From a virus (taxonomy: Duplodnaviria > Caudoviricetes), in IMG/VR virus record IMGVR_UViG_3300031998_000039, positions 1 through 64,000 of that record: a DNA stretch of 64,000 nucleotides. The stretch is one strand, 5' to 3'. Shown here one piece after another: positions 1 to 9,319 of the stretch. The notes below the pieces were generated by a model. The model saw nothing but the letters and a program-made list of their open reading frames with translations, was not told the DNA's origin and searched no databases. Both the position numbers and the translations under genes were made by a program. The stretch's first letter is position 1, and each line of letters starts with the position of its first letter.

Positions 1-282
1 TTTAAAGAAGAGCAGTTTCAAGATTTTAAAAAGAAACTTCATAGCAAAATACATTTTTTGCTCGTGTATAAAGAAGAAAATAATCCTATTTTATCAGATT
101 ATTTTAATACAATAATGCGCTACTTTAGTGGGTTAAATGAGGTGTTAGATAATAACGCTCTTATTATTGATTTACTTGTGATATTACAGGTGGCGTTAGA
201 TGAATCAAAAAAAACAGATTGTAACTTCAAAGTATTCCGCAAGAATATACTTGAAGCCCATAGCATTATAGATAGATTGTGA
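1..282 (+). CDS. Hypothetical phage protein, 5'-truncated by window edge
   Basis: Frame is open from base 1 to TGA at 282; lies upstream of neck/tail genes. Confidence 0.7.
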   Translation, partial: FKEEQFQDFKKKLHSKIHFLLVYKEENNPILSDYFNTIMRYFSGLNEVLDNNALIIDLLVILQVALDESKKTDCNFKVFRKNILEAHSIIDRL

Positions 283-293
283 GGTGGGCATAC

Positions 294-1472
294 ATGATTA
301 CTTTGCGGAGTTATCCAAGAGTATTGGGTGAAAAACATCTTGGAAATGTACATAAGATGCAATCAGATATGATTGAAGAATATACATGGAATAATGAGAT
401 TGAGAGTAGAATTGGATACTTCTATGATTGGAATCATGATACTCATCATACTCAATTAATAGACATGCATCCCGAACAGGATGATTATAAAGTCCCTATG
501 GATATCAAGTATATCGTTGCGTCAAGACAGACGATGGCTAAGGATGCTATTACATATCATTTGCAATTGCGTCCAAGTCAAGAATGTGTTGTGGATTATT
601 ATGAAGAGTATTTTGGAAATAGATATTCTGCTGTATATCCAGTTGGATTATATGTTGATATACAAGACTCAAAAGGTATTTGGAATCGTTGGTTAGTATG
701 TGCTACTGCAAATGAGAATGATCCACAATTTCCTAACTTTGAAATCCTCAGATGCGATTACGTTTTAGACGCAATCTTTGATGGGGTTCAATATAAAATA
801 CCAATTGTTTTAAGAAGCCAGAACTCATACAACAGTGGACTATGGATTAAATACAGAATTGAAACGCCAGAAGATCAGCAACAATTCATAGTTCCTCTTA
901 ATCGTCTTACAGAAAATATTTGGTATAACAAACGCTATCTTATTGATGCCAAGGTAGACCAAGACGAATGTCGTGCATGGCATGTATCAAAAGTTAATCG
1001 TCTTGATTTACCGGGGTGTGCCATGATAACACTTGCTCAAGATCATTTTGATCCTAACAAGGATTACATAGAGAAAGATAATGGTGGGAATATTGTAGGT
1101 TTATGGGCTGATTATTATGATAAGCCTGTAACTCCTGAACCTTACAACCCCTCTCCTATTCCAACCGCAGGAGTTATTACTTGTGCTGGCGTACAAGAGA
1201 TTAAAGTTGGTGGAACTTATAAGAAGTTTACAATTGATTTTTATGATGAAGAAGGCATACCTCTGCCATTCAAAGAGGGAACGTGGAGTTTTGAAATTGA
1301 TGGTGTTACAATAGAACCCATTGTTTCTACTTCAGGTATATCGGCAAATCAGATAAAGGCAAAACTGCCTAATAATGGCTTGTGGATAAATAAGATTATG
1401 ACAGTGAAGTATACAACTACTGAAGTTGAACCCCTTGTTACAGAGTTTGAAATTTCAGTAGTGGCATTATAA
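294..1472 (+). CDS. Putative head-closure/neck protein with C-terminal Ig-like domain
   Basis: SD GAGGTG before ATG 294; position before tail genes; beta-rich C-terminus after a Pro-rich linker. Confidence 0.55.
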   Translation: MITLRSYPRVLGEKHLGNVHKMQSDMIEEYTWNNEIESRIGYFYDWNHDTHHTQLIDMHPEQDDYKVPMDIKYIVASRQTMAKDAITYHLQLRPSQECVVDYYEEYFGNRYSAVYPVGLYVDIQDSKGIWNRWLVCATANENDPQFPNFEILRCDYVLDAIFDGVQYKIPIVLRSQNSYNSGLWIKYRIETPEDQQQFIVPLNRLTENIWYNKRYLIDAKVDQDECRAWHVSKVNRLDLPGCAMITLAQDHFDPNKDYIEKDNGGNIVGLWADYYDKPVTPEPYNPSPIPTAGVITCAGVQEIKVGGTYKKFTIDFYDEEGIPLPFKEGTWSFEIDGVTIEPIVSTSGISANQIKAKLPNNGLWINKIMTVKYTTTEVEPLVTEFEISVVAL

Positions 1473-1486
1473 GAGGAGGGATTATT

Positions 1487-2086
1487 ATGACGTGGACAGA
1501 TGCCGACAGAGAACGACTGTTGGTCTTTAAAAATAATCCCGACTGTGATGATGTAAAAGTAAAGGAGAAAATTAAAGAAGTTCTTCTTGGTGATAAGTAC
1601 ATACTTCATGTGTTGGATAATAAAGAATTAGAACCAGAAGTTGAAGATGACATGACTAATGCTGATGCATATTTTGGTGTCAATATACTTCCGTATTATT
1701 TAATCTCTCCTTCTCAAAGTTCTGCTTCTAATTTTATATGTTATGAAACATCTTTTGAAAAAAGACGTTATGACACCAATAGAACAAATAAAAATCTAAA
1801 TATTATCTTTTATTTGATTTCGGAACAAAAACTTATTAAAGATGCAGATACGGGTATAGCCAAACATGACTTGCTCGCAGCCCTAATCATTAATAAGTTT
1901 AATTGGACGAATTATTTTGGGAAAAAGATATTTCTTATTTCCGACCAAGCTTCTGTAGTTGATATTAAGTATGCTTGCAGAACTCTTATATTCCAGCAAG
2001 AGGAAGATAATGATTTGGTTAAATCCAAACTTATGCCTCATGGAGAATATGTACCAAATACTGCTAATAAGGATGTAGTATATTGA
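1487..2086 (+). CDS. Putative tail terminator/neck protein
   Basis: SD GAGGAGG; synteny between neck and major tail gene. Confidence 0.45.
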   Translation: MTWTDADRERLLVFKNNPDCDDVKVKEKIKEVLLGDKYILHVLDNKELEPEVEDDMTNADAYFGVNILPYYLISPSQSSASNFICYETSFEKRRYDTNRTNKNLNIIFYLISEQKLIKDADTGIAKHDLLAALIINKFNWTNYFGKKIFLISDQASVVDIKYACRTLIFQQEEDNDLVKSKLMPHGEYVPNTANKDVVY

Positions 2087-2901
2087 GTAGAGAAGTCGTT
2101 GATGGCAAACAAATTAGTATCAAACGGAAGTTTCGTTACCAACAATTTGAGTTTGATAAGCTTCAGATGTATTTTGGCAAACCATATGTAATTGATTTAG
2201 AATCGGCTCAAGGCTCAATCACTATTGATATTCCAACAGTGGGCGATATTATGGAACTTGGTGAGAAAAAATTCTACAGCACACTAGGAATTTTTGTAAC
2301 CAATACTACGGCATACCGTCTTATGTTAGATGAAATAGGATTAGATTGGAATACCTTAAGTGATTTTGAATTATTTTGCATGTTATATAGCCAGCTTAAT
2401 TCTGAAGCAACAAAGTTAATGTTTGGCGATTTGGATTTTGCAAAGTTCGTTTTATACAAGAAACATCTTGATGATAAAGATGAGGTGGTTCTTTGGGATC
2501 AAGAAGATAATATTGAGATAAATGAAGAAGTGTACCAACATATCGCACAATATCTTCGGGCTGTATTTAATATGTACCCTGATGAAAAGATTACAGACGA
2601 TCCTGTTCTTAAACAATGGTATATTTATAAAGACAAACGGGACACGGAGATTAATCAAAAGAAGAAAAAGAAAGAAGATGGCACTTCCATCCTTCCATTA
2701 ATCTCCGCTTGTGTAAATCATCCGGGATTTAAATATAGACCTATGGAACTTCGTCACGTAAATGTGTGTGAGTTTTATGATAGTGTAAGGCGATTACAGG
2801 TATACGAAAATACTACTGCTTTGCTTAAAGGCAGTTATTCAGGAATGATTGATTCATCCAAAATTGATAAAGAACAATTTAATTTTATGAGGGAGGTATA
2901 A
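2083..2901 (+). CDS. Putative tail assembly chaperone-like protein
   Basis: TTG start overlapping previous stop; directly upstream of major tail gene. Confidence 0.4.
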   Translation: MSREVVDGKQISIKRKFRYQQFEFDKLQMYFGKPYVIDLESAQGSITIDIPTVGDIMELGEKKFYSTLGIFVTNTTAYRLMLDEIGLDWNTLSDFELFCMLYSQLNSEATKLMFGDLDFAKFVLYKKHLDDKDEVVLWDQEDNIEINEEVYQHIAQYLRAVFNMYPDEKITDDPVLKQWYIYKDKRDTEINQKKKKKEDGTSILPLISACVNHPGFKYRPMELRHVNVCEFYDSVRRLQVYENTTALLKGSYSGMIDSSKIDKEQFNFMREV

Positions 2902-2937
2902 CCTCTCTTATTTTATTTCTATAAGGAGGAAATAAAA

Positions 2938-3783
2938 ATGGCTATTAAATTAGGTAATATTGCTATTGATGAAATCCTTTATGGTATTAGTAGAGATTTC
3001 AATGGCAACATTCTCTACACTCTTGATCAGCTTCAGAATGCTTCTATTGAAATTACTTCAGAAAGTACTGACGTAACTGATAAGAAGGGTAATATTGTAA
3101 GACGTATTTATAGGTCTAAGCAGGGTACTGTTAATGCTGAGAACGCATTCCTTAACCCCATGATTATGAACAATGCTTCAGGTTCAGATATTAAGGTTGC
3201 TACAGATTCTGCTCCTATTAACATGCCTAGAATTGAACTTATAGGTGCTGGTTCAGCAGCTTACTCTCTTGATGCTAATGTAGATGCTTCTACTATTAAG
3301 GTTAAGGCTCTGTTTGCTAATGGTATCAATGGTGAAGACCTTACAAAGATTACTGAAGGTACTCCTACTTATGATGATAGTGGTGCTGGAACATATACAT
3401 ATAAGTATGATGCAACAACTAATAAAATTACTGTTCCTGCTAGTGGATCAGGCAAGCCTCTTTCTTACTTTGTAATGTATACAAGAAGCAGAGATACAGG
3501 CTTCAAGATGGATAACCTTGCAAACAAGTTCCCTGTAGCACAGGATCTTACATTCTACTGCTCATACGTAGATCCTTGTAATGATACTCCTCGTGCTTGC
3601 TACGTTAATATTCCTTCATTCTCACCTTCACCTGAAACTACTCTTAGTTTCAATGCTGATGAGCAGAATATGTCATTCAATGGTAACATTAACGTTAACT
3701 ACTGTGCAACCGATCCTGTTTTGTACACCATATTCTTCCCGCTTGAGAACGCCGTGACTACGGCAGTTGTTGTAACTTCGTAA
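2938..3783 (+). CDS. Major tail (tube) protein
   Basis: Strong SD AGGAGG, biased codon use, tube-like N-terminus (LQNASIEITSESTDVTDKKG), followed by a terminator. Confidence 0.7.
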   Translation: MAIKLGNIAIDEILYGISRDFNGNILYTLDQLQNASIEITSESTDVTDKKGNIVRRIYRSKQGTVNAENAFLNPMIMNNASGSDIKVATDSAPINMPRIELIGAGSAAYSLDANVDASTIKVKALFANGINGEDLTKITEGTPTYDDSGAGTYTYKYDATTNKITVPASGSGKPLSYFVMYTRSRDTGFKMDNLANKFPVAQDLTFYCSYVDPCNDTPRACYVNIPSFSPSPETTLSFNADEQNMSFNGNINVNYCATDPVLYTIFFPLENAVTTAVVVTS

Positions 3784-3804
3784 TGGGATATATATATGAT
3801 AATT

Positions 3805-3836
3805 AGAGGTGGATATTAATTTATCCACCTCTTTTT
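3805..3836 (+). terminator. Rho-independent terminator
   Basis: AGAGGTGGATA/TATCCACCTCT stem followed by a T-tract. Confidence 0.85.
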
Positions 3837-3859
3837 GATTGATTTAAAAGGAGTATAAA

Positions 3860-4831
3860 ATGACAATTAGAGAATGTTTAGAAAAACATAATCAATTTCA
3901 TGCTTTAGAAATTTGGGATAATGATTTAAATGGCGGAACACCAGATGAAGTGCAGTATCATCAAAAATCTAAATATTATTTTAAATGTGAACAAGGATTA
4001 CATGAAAGCAGTTTGTATGATTTGAGTCATATTTATGATGGAAAACCTTTGCGTTTTAAATGTCGTAAATGTAATTCATTTGGGCAACAAATAACTAATA
4101 AGTTTGGTAAAGAATTTTTAAATAAAGTTTGGTCAAGCAAAAATGAAATATCTGCATTTGATATAACATATAGTTATAATAAATTACTTTGGTTTAATTG
4201 TGAAAATGGAATTCATAAACCATATCAAAGACGTGGCGATACTTCATATAGGTTAGATTGTCGTTGTCCAGAATGTTCTGATTTAATTCGTCCATCTAAA
4301 CCACAAAATCTTGTTGGACAAAAATTTGGACGTTTAACAGTAAAGGATAAAGTTGGATACTTTAAGTCTAAGGGTGGTACATATTACTTGTGCGATTGTG
4401 ATTGCGGGAATAAAGATATTAAAGTGTTGGGAACTTTTTTAAAATCTGGCAGACAAGTATCTTGTGGATGTTGGCGTATTGAACAATCAACAGGCGAAAA
4501 TAATCCTAATTGGAAAGGCGGAGTTCTTTCTGAACAACAAAAAGCTCGTAATAGTAAAGAATATGCTGTTTGGCGTGACGCTGTGTATGAACGCGATAAT
4601 TACACATGTCAATGTTGCGGGCAACGTGGTGGTAAACTAAACGCTCATCATATAAAAAGTTTTTCAAAATATCCCAGTTTAAGATTTGAAGTTTCAAACG
4701 GAATAACTCTATGCGAAAATTGTCATGCTTGGGAATATGAAGGTTCATTGCATAATATTTATGGATCTCAAGACGTAACTCCTGAGCAATTATACGAATA
4801 TATAAATCAAAAGAAAATCAATATAGCCTAA
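3860..4831 (+). CDS. HNH homing endonuclease with N-terminal zinc-ribbon repeats
   Basis: RDNYTCQCCG..LNAHHIK..NGITLCENCH HNH motif; several CxxC; GQKFGRLTV DNA-binding motif. Confidence 0.85.
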   Translation: MTIRECLEKHNQFHALEIWDNDLNGGTPDEVQYHQKSKYYFKCEQGLHESSLYDLSHIYDGKPLRFKCRKCNSFGQQITNKFGKEFLNKVWSSKNEISAFDITYSYNKLLWFNCENGIHKPYQRRGDTSYRLDCRCPECSDLIRPSKPQNLVGQKFGRLTVKDKVGYFKSKGGTYYLCDCDCGNKDIKVLGTFLKSGRQVSCGCWRIEQSTGENNPNWKGGVLSEQQKARNSKEYAVWRDAVYERDNYTCQCCGQRGGKLNAHHIKSFSKYPSLRFEVSNGITLCENCHAWEYEGSLHNIYGSQDVTPEQLYEYINQKKINIA

Positions 4832-4843
4832 AGGAGGTACGAT

Positions 4844-5146
4844 ATGGCTGCAAAAATTAAATGTATAGTATGTGGTACTGAACATGAATACTGCCCTAAT
4901 TGTGCTGAATTTAAAGATGCACCTACATGGTTAGCAGAATTTGATACTGAAAATTGTAAGGATATTTGGTATACCCTTAATCAGTTTGCTTTCAACCACA
5001 TTACAAAAGATCAGGCACTTAATGCATTAAAGGACAAAGACCTTTCAAAAAAGAAAGATTATCCTGCTGATTTACAAAGCGTTCTTGCTAGATTATATGA
5101 AACTTCTGACAAGAAGAAAAAAGAAACCGTAAAATATGGCGATTAA
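4844..5146 (+). CDS. Zinc-finger phage protein
   Basis: CIVC..YCPNC..ENC; SD GGAGG. Confidence 0.7.
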   Translation: MAAKIKCIVCGTEHEYCPNCAEFKDAPTWLAEFDTENCKDIWYTLNQFAFNHITKDQALNALKDKDLSKKKDYPADLQSVLARLYETSDKKKKETVKYGD

Positions 5147-5154
5147 TCTTATAT

Positions 5155-5186
5155 GGGCGTTGCCATAATAGGTTACGCCCTTTTTT
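5155..5186 (+). terminator. Rho-independent terminator
   Basis: GGGCGT/ACGCCC stem followed by TTTTTT. Confidence 0.7.
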
Positions 5187-5209
5187 GAATTAAAAGGATT
5201 GAAAGAGAT

Positions 5210-5365
5210 ATGGAAACAAAAAGAATATTACCATTAGTACCTTTAGAAGAGGTACTCCAGTGTATGCAAGATAAAGATGAGATTGTACGTAAAGCTGCAA
5301 AGGCTTATTACAATCAATATTATACAAATACGAATAGATTGCATAACGAACGTCCGAGCAAATAG
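5210..5365 (+). CDS. Small hypothetical protein (51 aa, single HEAT-like motif DKDEIVRKAA)
   Basis: Own translation; below the ORF-track size cutoff; purine-rich upstream region. Confidence 0.45.
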   Translation: METKRILPLVPLEEVLQCMQDKDEIVRKAAKAYYNQYYTNTNRLHNERPSK

Positions 5366-5450
5366 TTCGGGTTTTTATTATGCTTTGTATTATGTTGTCT
5401 AGGGTGCTAGGTGTGCTAACACCCTAGGGAGCATTAGAAATGGAGTTGCT

Positions 5451-5834
5451 ATGGGATTTATACAAGAAAATTATAATCCATATGGTAAACATGTTGATGA
5501 TTGTGTTATCCGTGCAATAGCAACTGTGACAGGAAAAGATTGGGATGAAGTATATTTAGACTTAGCTGTTGCTGGTTATGAGGCAAAAGATATGCCAAAC
5601 GGAAATATACTTTGGGGTTCTTATCTCCTATCACATGGTTTTAGTAGACATTCATTGCCAGATACGTGTCCGTTATGTTATACGGTTAAGCAGTTTGTTA
5701 GAGATCATAGATTTGGTAAATATGTTTTAGGTGATGGGCAACATGCAATTGCTGTTGTAGATGGATATTATATTGACACATGGGATAGTGGAGATAGAAC
5801 TGTCTTATTCTATTTTAGAAAGGATGATGATTAG
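5451..5834 (+). CDS. Putative papain-fold (C39-like) cysteine peptidase-like protein
   Basis: DCVIRAI Cys, HAIAVVDG His, DTWDSG Asp pattern. Confidence 0.5.
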   Translation: MGFIQENYNPYGKHVDDCVIRAIATVTGKDWDEVYLDLAVAGYEAKDMPNGNILWGSYLLSHGFSRHSLPDTCPLCYTVKQFVRDHRFGKYVLGDGQHAIAVVDGYYIDTWDSGDRTVLFYFRKDDD

Positions 5835-6238
5835 TGTATCAATACTATCAACAACAAGTACCTTATCAAAACTATCAGGCACAACAAAGACAAGAGCAAT
5901 TAAATCAAGTGTTTGCTTCCACATATAATTATAATTATGTGAAAGACAGACGTGAAGCTGAAGGTTGGCCGATAGCACCGGGCAATCATTTGGTATTTGA
6001 AGACCAAAATGGATTGTATTTTTATACGAAATCGTTAGGTTTTGCACCTAATGAAAATTATGTATTTACAGTGTTTAAAAAAGAAGAACAAGTTCAACCA
6101 CAACGTGTGGAAGAACCTACTCGATTAGAAACCGAAGTGGATTCCTTAAAGGGCGACATCGCTGAATTAAAGAAACTCTTCGAGCAGTTTACTGCCAATA
6201 ACAAACCTAGGTTTGATAAGAAAGGTGGTGGTAAATGA
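5834..6238 (+). CDS. Hypothetical protein with Q/Y-rich N-terminus and C-terminal coiled coil
   Basis: GTG start overlapping previous stop; MYQYYQQQ.. low-complexity N-terminus. Confidence 0.75.
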   Translation: MYQYYQQQVPYQNYQAQQRQEQLNQVFASTYNYNYVKDRREAEGWPIAPGNHLVFEDQNGLYFYTKSLGFAPNENYVFTVFKKEEQVQPQRVEEPTRLETEVDSLKGDIAELKKLFEQFTANNKPRFDKKGGGK

Positions 6239-6453
6239 TGTTTGAAGGTTTGATGTCTTTTTTAAAGAACCCATTTCAAGCTTGGGCAAGTAAAGGTGTT
6301 AATATTCCTAATAACCTTTCTGATCCCAACGATATCATTAACTACCTCCTTCGTAGTGGGAAGTTGTCGCAAGAACAATATAATCAGGTTTATTCACAAT
6401 ATAAGAATCTGATGAATAGCGGACTTGTGCCACAAAACCCATATCAAAAGTAG
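6235..6453 (+). CDS. Small helical hypothetical protein (NP/DP motifs)
   Basis: ATGA overlap with upstream stop; NPFQ..DPNDII..SGKLSQEQ. Confidence 0.75.
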   Translation: MMFEGLMSFLKNPFQAWASKGVNIPNNLSDPNDIINYLLRSGKLSQEQYNQVYSQYKNLMNSGLVPQNPYQK

Positions 6454-6460
6454 TATGTTG

Positions 6461-6513
6461 ATGTTTTAGTTATTACGTAAGTAGACGCGCGTAACTTAGG
6501 ATAATTAAAGCAT
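6461..6513 (+). promoter_or_regulatory. Long RNA hairpin with self-complementary loop upstream of the 261-aa gene
   Basis: 14-bp lower stem (with G-U pairs), 5-bp upper stem TAAGT/ACTTA, loop AG-ACGCGCGT-A. Confidence 0.65.
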
Positions 6514-6545
6514 TTGCATAAATATATTTTATAAGGAGATATTAT

Positions 6546-7331
6546 ATGATAGCAAATGGCGAAAATGGTATGATTATGCCAGTAGCACCTATGTATGGTG
6601 GCTATGGAAACAATGGTGGTCTTTGTGGAGATTGGGGAAGTTGGATTATCCTCTTCCTTATTTTCGGAATGTTTGGATTCGGTGGAAACGGATTCGGTAA
6701 TAATGGAAATCAGGGTGCAAACCCTTGGCTTTTAGCTGCTTCACAGAGAACAGATGATGGCGTACAGGCTGGATTCAATCAGGCTGCTTTAACAGGACAG
6801 CTTAGTGGTATCCAAGCTTCTATTGCTGATTTAACAACAAGTGGTTATCAGAATCAGATTACAGAACTTGAGAGAAGTTTTGCAGCCCAAACTGCAAATA
6901 GCCAAGCAATTGCAGGGCTATCAAGCCAGTTAGCAACATGTTGTGCCGACAATAGATTGGCAACTTGTCAGACACAGAATACTATTATTGCTGAAGGCAG
7001 TGCAACCAGATTTGCGGACGCTAATAATACAAGAGATATTATTGATGCAAGCACTCGTGGTACTCAGGCTATTCTTGATAAACTTTGCGCTCTTGAACTG
7101 GATGGATATAAGCGTGAAAATGATAACCTTAGATCTCAGCTTACTGCTGCTACTCTTCGTGAATCGCAGACTGCTCAGAACGCTCTTATTCAGCAGGGAT
7201 TTTCAACAGAAGTTGACGCTTTATATAATAGGCTTAATAGTTGTCCAGTACCTACTACTCCTGTTTATGGCAGGACTCCTATCTTTACTTGTGGTAACGG
7301 TGGTTACGCAGGTTGTGGATGCGGAGCATAA
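6546..7331 (+). CDS. Gly-rich, membrane-anchored coiled-coil protein with Cys motifs
   Basis: Hydrophobic WIILFLIFGMFGF segment flanked by Gly/Asn runs; heptad region; CC motif; terminal CGCG. Confidence 0.8.
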   Translation: MIANGENGMIMPVAPMYGGYGNNGGLCGDWGSWIILFLIFGMFGFGGNGFGNNGNQGANPWLLAASQRTDDGVQAGFNQAALTGQLSGIQASIADLTTSGYQNQITELERSFAAQTANSQAIAGLSSQLATCCADNRLATCQTQNTIIAEGSATRFADANNTRDIIDASTRGTQAILDKLCALELDGYKRENDNLRSQLTAATLRESQTAQNALIQQGFSTEVDALYNRLNSCPVPTTPVYGRTPIFTCGNGGYAGCGCGA

Positions 7332-7343
7332 GGGGGTGACAAT

Positions 7344-7796
7344 ATGGCGGCTGAATATTTAGCACCAACACAGACTATATCATTAAATAGTCCTGCAAAC
7401 TTTATTGCTTCTATACCATGCACTCGTGGTTATGTATATCATGAAGATGGCACTGGTATTTTTATTCTGCGTGGTATTGTTAATAATCCATGTGCAAATT
7501 TTGCACAGTACGAAATAGAACTGAATGCAAATATAGCTGTTCCTGAAGGTGGAACTGCCGCACCTATTGCTATGTCAGTAATGGTGAATGGTGAAAGTAA
7601 ACCTTCAAGTGTAGCAATCTCCACTCCTACTGCGGTAAATGCATATAACCATATTACCAGTAGTGCAATTATTAAAGTTCCTCGTGGATGTTGCTTTACA
7701 GTTAGTGTAGATGCTGTGCCTGCAAATACTACAGATACACCAGCGCCTACAATCAGTATGGCAAATGGACAGTTAAAGATTAACAGAATAGCGTAA
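7344..7796 (+). CDS. Putative BclA-CTD/C1q-like beta-sandwich protein
   Basis: All-beta pattern (GIFILRG, YEIELNANI, terminal LKINRIA) resembling the BclA C-terminal domain. Confidence 0.5.
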   Translation: MAAEYLAPTQTISLNSPANFIASIPCTRGYVYHEDGTGIFILRGIVNNPCANFAQYEIELNANIAVPEGGTAAPIAMSVMVNGESKPSSVAISTPTAVNAYNHITSSAIIKVPRGCCFTVSVDAVPANTTDTPAPTISMANGQLKINRIA

Positions 7797-7810
7797 AGGA
7801 GGAATAAGGG

Positions 7811-8245
7811 ATGTACGATACTTATGAAGAATTAGAAAAAGCTTGTGAACGTACAACTAAAGAACTCCATGATCTGAATAAGAAATTGGCTAATGATGAA
7901 AGTACTATTTCTAAAGAAGACATAGATATGCTTGATAAAGTTACGCATACTATTGCTTCAACTAAAAAGAGTATTTTGATGATTGACCAATCGGAAGACA
8001 ATGGCAGTTCAGGACGAGATGGATATTATAATATTAGCGGTGGTTATTCTGGCGGGTATAATACTCAGCCCATGTGGAATAGACGTTATGCTAATAATGG
8101 TTCGTCAAGTAGACGTGGCAGTTCACGTATGAGGGGTTCATCAAGAGATAATGATATGATGCAGATATTAAATGATATGTATCAGAATGCTCGTGATGAC
8201 CAAGAGGCAGATGTTATTCAAGACATCATGAATAAAATGAGATAA
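7811..8245 (+). CDS. Helical protein with central G/S/Y/R low-complexity region
   Basis: SD GGAGG; helical N- and C-termini flanking GGYSGGY..RRGSSRMRGSSR. Confidence 0.75.
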   Translation: MYDTYEELEKACERTTKELHDLNKKLANDESTISKEDIDMLDKVTHTIASTKKSILMIDQSEDNGSSGRDGYYNISGGYSGGYNTQPMWNRRYANNGSSSRRGSSRMRGSSRDNDMMQILNDMYQNARDDQEADVIQDIMNKMR

Positions 8246-8265
8246 ATTTTTATGATTCGTAAACC

Positions 8266-8295
8266 GAGGGTAGATTAAATTCTGCCCTCTTTTTT
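8266..8295 (+). terminator. Rho-independent terminator
   Basis: GAGGGTAGA/TCTGCCCTC stem followed by a T-tract. Confidence 0.85.
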
Positions 8296-8322
8296 ACTTT
8301 TTAAGAAAGGATGGTAATCATT

Positions 8323-8556
8323 ATGTTGAAAACTAATTTAGCAAAACTATTAAAGGTTAAGTCTATCGTAACTCTTCTGCTTACATTTTGTTTTTGTTAT
8401 TTGGCAGTTTCAAAAGTAATTGATGTCGGAAATTTTATGGAAATTTTTAAGCTTGTAGTTATTTTCTATTTTGGAAGTCAGGTAGGAAAGCATGATGCCG
8501 AAGTAGAAAAAGAAGCTGAAAGTGAGGCGAAAGACGATGGTAAAGGTGACAATTGA
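8323..8556 (+). CDS. Holin
   Basis: Two hydrophobic segments, FYFGSQ motif, charged tail; directly before the endolysin. Confidence 0.75.
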   Translation: MLKTNLAKLLKVKSIVTLLLTFCFCYLAVSKVIDVGNFMEIFKLVVIFYFGSQVGKHDAEVEKEAESEAKDDGKGDN

Positions 8557-9319
8557 CGAATGGTTAGGATATCTTGAAGGACGTGTAGATATTGACCTAT
8601 ATGTTTGGGGAGCAAATGGAGAATCACTTGTTGAAACTTTGCCACATCTTTGTCAAAAAGAGAAGTCGTTAAATGATGTTGACCGCACTCTCACTCTTTT
8701 ACAAAAACGATTACTTAATTCAGTTGATATATATGATATTCATTGCGAAGATTGTAGCGGTTTATCAATAAGGTTTTTGTTGGCACACAAAATCATTTCG
8801 TCAGACATGACCGCTAATGATTTGTATGAATACATTACAAAAGGGCATGGCAAAGCAATATCACTTTCTGAAGTAAAAGCTGGAGATTATTTATTCAGAG
8901 GTTCTGATACTAATAAGAATCATGTGGGTTATGCGGTTAATAGTGAATACGTAATTGAATCGCAAGACCATGATGTGGGAGTAGTGTTAACTAAAATATC
9001 AGATAAACAAAAATCAAGTAAGCCGTGGAAATATGCAGCACGTCCTGATTGGTATTACGAAACGCCGGAACCTGCTAAACCAATATTAACTCGTGATTTA
9101 TATTTAACCAATCCATATATGCGTGGAGACGATGTTGAAGACGCACAAATACTGCTTGCAGAAAAAGGATATAACGTAGGAAGCATTGATGGAATCTTTG
9201 GACAAAAGACTTCAAATGCCACAAAAGGATTTCAAACGGATAATAACCTAAAAGCTGATGGAATTATAGGAAAGAAAACGGCGTTAGCGTTAGGGTTTGA
9301 ATGGGACGGTGATTATTAA
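8537..9319 (+). CDS. Endolysin (NlpC/P60-type peptidase plus peptidoglycan-binding domain)
   Basis: YVWGANG, EDCSGL, HVGY catalytic motifs; C-terminal DGIFGQKT..FQ..L.ADGIIG PG-binding motif. Confidence 0.85.
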   Translation: MVKVTIDEWLGYLEGRVDIDLYVWGANGESLVETLPHLCQKEKSLNDVDRTLTLLQKRLLNSVDIYDIHCEDCSGLSIRFLLAHKIISSDMTANDLYEYITKGHGKAISLSEVKAGDYLFRGSDTNKNHVGYAVNSEYVIESQDHDVGVVLTKISDKQKSSKPWKYAARPDWYYETPEPAKPILTRDLYLTNPYMRGDDVEDAQILLAEKGYNVGSIDGIFGQKTSNATKGFQTDNNLKADGIIGKKTALALGFEWDGDY

